From contig CAJVPI010000204.1 of assembly GCA_910592345.1 (NCBI GenBank), positions 1-42,739 on the forward strand: a stretch of 42,739 nt of DNA. The letters run 5' to 3'. A program made the position numbers and the translations under genes. This document shows positions 33,925 through 42,739 of this stretch, one piece after another. This stretch comes from Paraglomus brasilianum. Lineage: Eukaryota. Position 1 is the stretch's first letter. Every line of letters starts with the position of its first letter. Under the pieces are notes generated by a model. The model worked only from the letters and a program-made list of their open reading frames with translations. It was not told the origin of the DNA and did not search any database.

Positions 33925-36427
33925 ATGAGCAGAAGAAGACTACGAAAACTAGAAAAACAACAGTCAGACGTCGAAACAATAAGAGGAGACTCGGAAGACT
34001 CTTTAACTGACAGGAAAATAAAGAGAATAAGATCTGACTCTGACTCTAGTTTTGAAGAATCTTCAGAATTATCCTCGGTTGATAGTAACTCCTCAAAAGA
34101 GGACTCTAGTGACGGTGAACCCATCATACAGAACATTGGCAATAAAAGGGGTAGACCTAGGAAAACTCACCGCAAGACAAACAGTTTACAAATAACGCAA
34201 AAAACAAAACCACGCTTGGGGCGACGAAAACTGGATCCAAATGATGCAAAAGCAACAGACAACGCCGGTCAGACTAATTTACATATAGCATGCATGCGAA
34301 ATAACATCCACAAAGTACGAACACTGATTGAAAAGGGTGCTAATATAAACGCAACAGACAATTCAGAGTGGACACCTTTACACGAAGCTGCATATGGAGG
34401 ATATTATGAAATTGTTGTGATATTATTAGAACATGGAGCAAAAGTAAATGTAGTCGATAAAGAAGGCGATACTCCATTACACGATGCATGCTATCAAGGA
34501 CATGTGGACATTATCAAAATACTTTTAGAATACGGAGCAGATGTAGAAAAAACAAACGATAAGAACGAGAGACCCGAGGATGTTATAAATAGATCTTCTG
34601 TAGAGTCAGACGAACAAAAAGAACAAGTCATAAAACTACTGAACACTCCAATACAGACTGAAAAAAAAACCAAAAAAGATAGGACGCAGATTAATAGAAC
34701 CAACTGTGGTAATAGAAAGATCCAAATATCGAACATTACCGTCAAGGTCAGAGACCGTAGGCAGACGAGGCAGACCTAGAATACAAAGAGAAGAAATACA
34801 TACCGTTCCGGTACCCCGAAGAATGAGTGCACGGAATACTACTAGATCTCTCGCATTTAACAACGAAGTACTCCGCATCGATCCGCGAGCCGTAGATAAG
34901 ACAACAGGCAGAACGCAACTTCATCATATGGCTAAACGCAATAAAACACAAAATGTAGGTCATTTACTGGAAGAAGGAGCACATGTGAATGCGCAAGACC
35001 TCAACGGTCGCACAGCATTACATGACGCTGCGTGTGAAGGACATCTCGAGGTTGTCAGTATTCTGTTGGCATACGGAGCTGACCCTGATATTAAAGAAAA
35101 ACATAAACATAATACTGCATTACACGAGGCAGCGAGAAAAGGGCACAAAAAGATTGTAGAGCTACTCTTGGAGTCTGCGAATCCAAAATCTAAAAACGCG
35201 GAACACAAGACAGCGTTGGAAGTGGCTAAAACAGCAGAAATTAAAAATACATTGAGACGAGCGATTAGAGAGGATGATGGTTGTATGGATTTAGACTCTG
35301 ATGGTGATGATGATGATGATGATGATGATGACGACGACGACGACGACGACGACGATGATGATGAAAATACAGATTCACCGGAATTGTCACCGAATGTAAC
35401 TCCATCGCCAATACCTCCATCACCAATGACTCCGTCACCAGTAACACCTTTATCTGGGATGCAGTTTCCCGAGTTGTCATTACCGTCGAATACAATGAAT
35501 CATAAGAACATGTCATACCCGGAATTACGATCGCCAATCTCTCCGACAATCGCTGTACAGTCAATTGGTATGCGATCTCCAGGCATACAGTCTCCGGTTA
35601 TGCTCTCTCCCTCAATTCAGTCCTCTGAGTCCCAGTCTTCTCCTCTCACTCCCGTTGATCTTCAAGCGGATTCGGACGCTGATGATCTATCTCCACTCCA
35701 CCTCGACCACAAGCGATGGAATAACCCTAATGGCTGCTTACCTCTTCACACGATTCGTCTTTACACAGACTCGTCCGACATTCTCCAACTAGCCTGTTCA
35801 ACAAGTTCATCTTACCCGAAAGAGAAGGCGTCACCGTTTGTCCTGGATTTCCAAATAGAACGTTATCTCGAAATGTCCTTTGGATCTTTGGTGAGCAGTT
35901 GTCGCGGATTGACATATCGTACTGTCAGTAATACAGAGAAGGTGAAGTTGTTTTCAGCGGTTAGGTCGTCATTATATGACGAATTGATGGTTGGGTGGAA
36001 CTTTGAGAAAAAGACCAAAAGGCATCTGAAGAGAATTTTGTTAGATGGGCCAGAGTTTGGATTTGACAATCAAAGGAGAGACTTTCTGGCCAGGGTTGTT
36101 CATTTTGTCAAGGTTAGTATAAGAAAGACTATGGATAGGTTGAACAGTGTGATAGTGGAGGATTATGTGAACCGAATGTTCAAGCTATGATGCTCAGTAT
36201 TTTATTTTCATTCACTTACTTGATCGCTATGGCGGCTTTGATATTTATTTAACGACTGCTACTATCATTGTGTTAACCATTTATTATCTATTTTCTACCT
36301 TTACTCACAGCTTGAAGATGTAATGGCATTAATCCTCCGAGACTTTAAATACTTTGACATACACCAAATTGCCCAGATATCCATTGATATCTGCAATTCT
36401 CATGATATAATAGCTCAGTCAATTTAG
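33925..36427 (+). CDS. AT-hook and ankyrin-repeat nuclear protein (Hos4/Set3C-like ankyrin protein); +1 break at A9 run 34661-34669
   Basis: Two ankyrin clusters (GQTNLHIAC/WTPLHEAAYGG/GDTPLHDACYQGH and GRTQLHHMA/GRTALHDAACEGH/NTALHEAARKGH), AT-hooks KRGRPRK and RRGRPR, a D19 tract, an SP/TP-rich region, and C-terminal LPLHTIRL...FVLDFQIERYL...RTVSNTEKVKLF. A probable intron at 36113-36310 (GTTAGT...CTCACAG) gives HFVK|LEDVMALILRDF...QSI* ending at 36427. Confidence 0.8.
35306..35362 (+). repeat. (GAT)8(GAC)8(GAT)3 coding microsatellite, poly-Asp
   Basis: 19 consecutive Asp codons in the ankyrin protein frame. Confidence 0.95.
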
Positions 36428-38304
36428 AGTTAAGTAAATAAACTATTACTTTGTTCATTTTTGCTTATTATTATTAACCTTTGGTTAACTTTATTGAGAA
36501 CTTTTTGGTCTCTGTTGACATATTCTGTTCTCAAGATTAACATTGCACAATTAAGATTGTAATAGTAGTCTAATATTCATGAAACCAACTCTCTATTACT
36601 ATACACTTGCTAGTCAATTGTTATCTTTTGGTGCACATACAAATTGTCACCTCAAAAATCGTATTCTTGTTAATTAAATTTATATAAAGAAAGACAATCA
36701 TACTACAAGGCTGTGATACAATGAAGTTAACATGTATCTATGAATTTGTATTAGCAATAGTCTAAGTCCTCTTTATCAAAAAAGACAGTCCAATAGCTTA
36801 TCTCAAGTATGAATATTCAGGGGAAAGCTTTTCTATTTCATGATTTTAGTAAATTTGAAATGGCTAAAATTTCTGTTGTCTTGTCCCAACTACAACATCT
36901 TTCATATTAGTACACTTAAAGACGACTTTTGGATTGTCTACTGTCTCTGGAGTTTTCTCTACAAAAATCACGCTGGTTTAATAATGGTCTGTTAAATTTT
37001 CATTTTAGAAGATTTTTAATATTAAATCACACTATTACTTACTGCAATACAGCTCTCAAACTAAAAAACCAAAGATATTATCTATATCAAGACAAGGTCA
37101 AAATAAAAAGCAAAGATAAAACACCTTTAGCATTCAATCGTAGGTGTTACTAAAAAGATCGCAAAACTTTAAAAGCAAAGATACCAATTTAAAAATAAGT
37201 TATAAAAATAAGCCCATGAAAAAGCAAAAACCAATTTGTTGGCTCTATTGTTAGTAAAACTCTTTCCCTCTCTTGAGAGAGGTATCTTTCCACTGGTATG
37301 CAAGAAATATTGCCTATTAATGACGCCGTGTCAATGCGTTTCAAATTTCTATTGCTTGAGATGCATTTCAAGTCGAACATGATACAAAGAAAAGATTAAC
37401 ATAATTTAATTTTATAAATACTCTGGTATATACAAATAAGCATATGAGATAACTATTTCGCACTATACTTTGTCGCTAAATATTTAACTATACAAGTAAC
37501 ATAATAATAATAATCCTGTGTTATTAAAATATAACGCCGCTCCCAAATATTGAAATCAATAGCTTATTATCATATTGAAATTATATTAGTTTCTCCTCTT
37601 TATTAAAGGCAAAAACTAACCGCTAATTATAAATGGGTAAGTACCCTCTTTTTACATACCTATCCCGAGGAACTTTTATTCACAACGAGGTGCCTCTTTT
37701 TACATATCACTGATATAGTAAAAATATGGATATATTTTCGTAAGGATTCTAGTGCATGCTGCGCCAGAGAAAGTAGCCACATTGTCTGCCTATATATATG
37801 TGTGTTTGTGAGACATACTGTACATGTGTTTGTGCTAGAGGACAAACGTTGTTTATTACAAAGCAACAATATTGTCGATTGGTCAAAGCATCAGGATTAA
37901 GCCAAACCGGTGCTCGAGAAATAGTAACGAGAACTGAACAAGAAAGAAAATAGATGAAGTAAATCCTCTCTCAAACTCTTTACTAAGTAAATCGGCTGCT
38001 CCACCTGCACTACGACAACCCCGTCTCTTAATTACTTTGCCTTTGTTAACTTCTACTTCATTAAGAATTTGAGAATTTTTAATTAATTTTTCTTCAGTGT
38101 CATTTAAAATTGGATTTCAGTTGAACAAGCAGTTTACCTTAACTGAATAAACTTGCTGGAAGAAAAAGAAAAATCTCGCCACTGAGGCTTTCTAGAACTA
38201 AATAAAATTCATCAAGAAATAAAAGGAGTCTAAGGGGAAAAAAAGAAATTAACTCAAAATTAAGTAATAAATTAACCATCAATGCCATCTCTATCTTCAT
38301 CTTA

Positions 38305-39642
38305 CTACTCCCGACGCAGTTTATCAAGTCTTGCTTGTAGTGCCATATCATTATTTGCTTCAATTTCGGTCTCGGTAACTCTCTCCGATGCACCGATTTT
38401 TTCAATTGAAGTTGGGGCATCGACCAGCTACAATAAAGAAGAAGAAGAAGAAGAAAAAACAACAATGAGCAAAATTCATTTATAACAAACTCTTTTACTC
38501 TTTGCATTAGCTCCACTCCGTGCACAGTTAGCTATTCTCTTCAGTTCAATCACTCACCGCCTGGTTCAAGGAAATGCCAATCTCATCCAACACCTGATTA
38601 ACAATTTCGTCACTCTCCTCTTCATCTTCTTCCTCATCCATAACATCGTCAATAACGTCATTCATCATGTCTTCCTTCATGTCCATAATCTCTGATTCTT
38701 TTTCAAAATCCATCATAATTCTTTGGATTTGTGGAAGATTCATTTGACGGTTCATTGACTTCATGGCCTAGCAAATGGTAATGATAATTGACGGAAATAT
38801 GGATTAAAAAGAATGATTGTAAACACCAAAGTAAAGAGTATATAAACAATTAGTACCTTAGTCGCGCCTTTCATTGCTTCGGACATTTGTTGATTGGATC
38901 GAAGTGTCTAAAAATGAAAGAAAGCAAAGTGGTAAAAATTGTTCTAACAAAACCGCTTTCACCATTTCCAGTATGATGTCATGTTCACCTGAATTCTCAA
39001 TCCTACGCCTTGCAGCTGAGTTTTCATGGCCTGAAATTTAGATGCGTGTCTCCGTGTCCTTACCAAGTCCTTTGCCATAATCTTACATGCACTCTATCCG
39101 ACAAATACAATTAAACAACAAGTCAAATTAACATTCACAATCAATACATATTAACTCACTCTGAACATACATAATTCCCTCTTTCTCCATTCATAAACAC
39201 TTAAACATTCATCAAACGAATTCCCGTTTCAATATAGACCAACCATTTGATTTGCCTTGGCAGCTTTCTTAATGTCAAGTATTAACTTTTTCTCCTGAGC
39301 TTCAAGTTTGGTTCGCTCCCTATCGAGTTCTCGTTGAGCTTTTTGGAGTGCTCGCTGATGTTGGCGAAGCATCTCTTGGGGTGATTTTCGTCGTCCAAAT
39401 AGCATGTCCTAGCAATATACGGAGCATGAAGAAAGAAAAGGGTGAGATAGATCTTTGAACTTTCCCCTATTGGGATTTAAAGAAAGGGAAACTAGTGTAG
39501 GGGTTGGATTGCAGAGGATCGCTTGTTTAATCATTGGAACTATTTCAGAGTTGTTAATAGAATGTAGACAGAAACTGTCTTGTTGCATTATGTGTACAAC
39601 AAGCTCTGTAGACAATTTAGAGAGTAGAAAGCTAACCATCAT
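38305..39642 (-). CDS. DID4: ESCRT-III subunit Vps2/Did4 (CHMP2A), 6 coding exons
   Basis: Exons 39637-39642 (ATG ATG), 39244-39408 (DMLFGRRKSPQEMLRQHQRALQKAQRELDRER...), 38989-39093 (SACKIMAKDLVRTRR...), 38857-38907 (TLRSNQQMSEAMKGATK), 38558-38767 (AMKSMNRQMNLPQIQRIMMDFEKESE...VLDEIGI) and 38305-38427, ending in the MIM1 motif LQARLDKLRRE*. Confidence 0.95.
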
Positions 39643-39731
39643 TTTGGCAGATGTTCTTCTTTTCTGGTGTCTCAATTCTCGTTTGTAAACAAGGTAACGG
39701 TAATCTGACCCAAAGCTTAAAGTTTGCAACC

Positions 39732-39739
39732 TCACGTGA
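39732..39739. promoter_or_regulatory. E-box TCACGTGA upstream of VPS2/DID4
   Basis: Palindrome ~90 bp upstream of the ATG at 39642. Confidence 0.3.
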
Positions 39740-40879
39740 TAGAGACTCTTTTCAGGGGACAGATTTCCTTTGGCATGTAAATGGATTTTCACGTCCGCGT
39801 TAAATCAATTAACATTAGTATTGGTAGCCACCACCCTTCTAAACTTTAAGTACACCTTTAGCGTTCAATCGTAGGTGTAAACAAATAAAGAACGCAAAAC
39901 TCCTTCTAAACTTTAATTTATTTATTAATACGGTATCCTCACTATTATTAAGTTTTTTATCTTTTGTTTTCACTATCTTTGCGGCTTACGTTTTAGATTT
40001 TTCTACCAGTAAATGCTCGAGAAAAGAATCTATTCTGTAGTGCTTTACGAACGAACGTTATTTTGTTCAAAGAAAATAACGACAATGATTCTGTTCGTTT
40101 ATCTTACAATCACGTCATCGTTGATCGCTGGGCATAATTGTCAAAGGTTAATATTAAACAGTCTTCGCGTTTTCAACATCCCTATTTTTGAGATCGAAAC
40201 TTTGTTCTTTGTAATTGTAAGGCTAACAAATCTTATATTACCACTATGATAACTAAACCCAAACATTGTTACGTGACAGAAAAGGTGGGAGCTTAATAAC
40301 ACTGTTACAGGTGACATAAGTAATACGGCTATAGGCTAGAATCGACTCTTTTTTCACTGAACCGAAAGCGCATCGTGACCGAGCTCGCCGTATGGTGGAC
40401 GACCTGCTGTAAACGTCCTTCTTGGTTATGATACAGGTTCAATTTTTTGTTTATTGGCTCTGATCCAAGAGACGGAGGCGAGGCGATGGTGTAGTTGAGG
40501 CTATAAAAAAGTCACGCTTATTATAGTGCAAATGCGACAATGGAAGAGTTGGTAAATAATTTATATTTTGACAAATATTGTATGTCTACATTATTTGACA
40601 TTTAAAAGCTCCTGGTAAATTTGAAGCAAGTGCTCACTGAAATACTGTTGGTGTTTGTTCTAGTTGCCCAAATTTTGGAGATGAAACAGAATGGTCAAGT
40701 TTCATATTTCTATTGCAATTGGCCCAAAATCTCAACTCCAAATGTGACAAGAAAAGTTGGCCCACTAAGTTTCATACAAATTATTATATAGGGCAGACTG
40801 CAACAAAACCGGACAAAGTGAACATTTTATTATGTGACATAAATGAGAGGCTGATTATGGTGTGGCTGACTACTATTCT

Positions 40880-41700
40880 ACATACAAACTACTCTACTGT
40901 ATTTTATGGCCTCTGGTGCTGGAAGTGGCAAATCTTGCAATGCAACTGAATTACCCAATGTATTGCACCATTTATTTGATGACAACCCAGAGCTGAAGAA
41001 ATGTATTGATAATGCACTGGTCTTCAATCTTTCATTTGAGAATGGTACTAAAATTGACCCAAATATTGAGAAAAATGCCAAGAATGCCATTGGTAGACAT
41101 ATGTTCCATCAACTCAAATATCATGATTGGTCTACAATATGTGATAAATATAGGGACATCTCACCACTTGATGTATTACAGGAGATTTCCAAGAAAAAGA
41201 ATGTGCAACTTGAAGATCTAACAGTCATTATCATCATTGATGGACTATAGACAGCAATGATTACACCAGAGGATGGCAAAGACAAGTCATCCTTATTTTA
41301 TTCTTGTATGACTCAATTATCTGCTCTTGCCTATTTAGGCCCATTCATCATTGACTGTTGTAGTTGCACAGCAACTTTCAGTTGATCTTTTCATGAAGTT
41401 ATTGCAGATTCACACCAAAAACGTCTCTACCTTCCTATTCATTCTCTGAACCCTCCAAAAAGGAAAGGAATCACTGTTTTCCCAAACACACCTCTTCTAA
41501 ATATGCTCATTAATGATATGGGTGGACATGGTAGAGCATTGGAATCACTTGAAATAGCCATTAGAGGCAAAGACTTAGATAATTGTAATTTTGCTGACTT
41601 AATGGATAGTATATGTTTAAGTCTTACTGACTGTTACAGTGAATGGGTAAATCAAACAACATATTTGAAACCAGTTCTTCATCTAATATTAACACATAAT
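40880..41700 (+). pseudogene. Crinkler-type P-loop NTPase domain pseudogene
   Basis: Walker A YFMASGAGSGKSCNATELP, VFNLSFENGT, IGRHMFHQL, Walker B TVIIIIDGL* (TAG at 41248-41250) and LINDMGGHGRALESLE, with several stops/frameshifts. Confidence 0.7.
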
Positions 41701-41787
41701 ATGTTTGGATTAAAAAATTTCATTCCTGAATATTTTTGTTTTTTGTTTTGTAATGATACATCATTATTCTGCTTTCTTTTCTTAATA

Positions 41788-42482
41788 TTTATTATTTTTC
41801 GTTCTTTTTGGTAAACTTCATAAGTGATCTTTTCTTGATCTAGATATTTGGGTATTATTGATCTTAAAAACATATGGAGCAATTTTTTCTCGTTCTTTTT
41901 TTAGAATGCTTTGAATGGTGCTGTAATTCTTGGGTTCCATAATGGATTTAATTATAATGTAAATTAGTTTCATATTAATATTTTTTATATAGGAATAAAT
42001 CCTATATTAATCCTGTAATGGTTTATATTTATCACATTCTGGTATGATAAAATGGGGCATGCTGCAACAAAACCAGACAAAGTGAACATTTTATAAATGA
42101 GAGGCTGATTATGATGCAGCTGTAAAACTGACCAGTATGACTGATGACGTTTTGAAAAATAATAATGGTGCTCATTCATAACTTATGGACTGGTTAATTT
42201 TAATGCTCACTTTATTATACCAGAATGTAATGAATATAAATCATAACATGATTAATATAGGATTATCTCTATTTAAAAAATTATAATATGAAACTAATTT
42301 ACATTAAGTCCACTATGGAACCCAAAAATTACAGCTCTATTCGAAGTATATTAAAAAAAGCTCAAGGAGAGAAAATTGCACCTTATGTTTTTAAAATCAA
42401 TGATACCCAAACTCTCCAAGAATACCTAGATCAAGAAAAAATCACTTATGAAATTTATCAAGAAGAACGAAAAATAATAAAT
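41788..42482. repeat. Diverged inverted repeat, arms ~41788-42060 and ~42203-42482, ~140-bp spacer
   Basis: The reverse complement of the left arm (ATGCCCCATTTTATCATACCAGAATGTG...ATGAAACTAATTTACATT...ATGGAACCCAAGAATTACAGC...TAGATCAAGAAAAGATCACTTATGAA) aligns with the right arm (ATGCTCACTTTATTATACCAGAATGTA...ATGAAACTAATTTACATT...ATGGAACCCAAAAATTACAGC...TAGATCAAGAAAAAATCACTTATGAA). Confidence 0.9.
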
Positions 42483-42545
42483 CATAAACAAACCTTAACC
42501 CCAACTTATAATGAACCAAGAAAGAAACGAAAACTAGAAGCATAA
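42288..42545 (+). CDS. Small basic hypothetical protein (85 aa) with C-terminal NLS-like PRKKRK; member of a repeated family
   Basis: Intact ATG-to-stop ORF. A frameshifted homolog lies in inverted orientation at ~41679-41973 (shared YLDQEKITYE.YQ.ERKIIN). Confidence 0.45.
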   Translation: MKLIYIKSTMEPKNYSSIRSILKKAQGEKIAPYVFKINDTQTLQEYLDQEKITYEIYQEERKIINHKQTLTPTYNEPRKKRKLEA

Positions 42546-42739
42546 AGCAATTATCAATAAAAAGTTAGGCATTTTTTTTTTACTTTATCTAAAGTAAAAT
42601 TAACTTAGACTATTTATATGGTATGGTGTGGGACACCTAAAGACCGAACAGTCCGAAATTTTGTTCTGCAGATCACTTATCAATCACATGATATTTGTCC
42701 AATAAAATTCTTTAAAATAATAATGCAAATTTCGCTTTA

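Noticed and set aside
35265..35564. Poly-His/Arg antisense ORF
   Set aside because: Reverse complement of the (GAT/GAC)n poly-Asp tract.
36500..37100. Possible decayed transposase in a CpG-poor stretch
   Set aside because: No motif could be assigned with confidence.
40370..40495. Structured ncRNA (CATCG/CGATG and CTCGCC/GGCGAG pairing around an AUUUUUUG Sm-like site)
   Set aside because: The stems are short and I recognised no snRNA family. The minus strand reads AGRPPYGELGHD, equally compatible with a kinase relic, so it is unresolved without an Rfam or BLAST search.

Overview
AT-rich, intron-containing eukaryotic DNA, most consistent with an early-diverging fungus (Mucoromycota, probably Glomeromycotina-like; inferred from gene style and from Crinkler-type NTPase/REase, expanded-kinase and Sola-like relics). 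I could splice five housekeeping genes by hand: RPS2, NMA111 (15 exons, including a 12-nt microexon), a TMA17/ADC17-like gene, mitochondrial ThrRS (MST1-type) and VPS2/DID4. The window also holds a secreted 18-Cys small protein beside a ~700-bp higher-order tandem repeat, a large disordered protein with a YEGRGG/DNRGG repeat array, and an AT-hook + ankyrin (Hos4-like) protein. The last two each contain a +1 frame break at an A homopolymer. Decayed material includes an EGT2-like PLP-lyase pseudogene, Crinkler-like pseudogenes and DNA-transposon remnants: a Tigger/pogo transposase with an intron, a Sola-like transposase, a Tc1-type MITE and a pogo deletion derivative (both with TIRs and TA TSDs), and a Tc1 fragment. 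An inverted pair of homologous small ORFs lies near the right end. I recognised no rRNA, tRNA or CRISPR array. All family assignments come from motif recognition by eye, not database searches.
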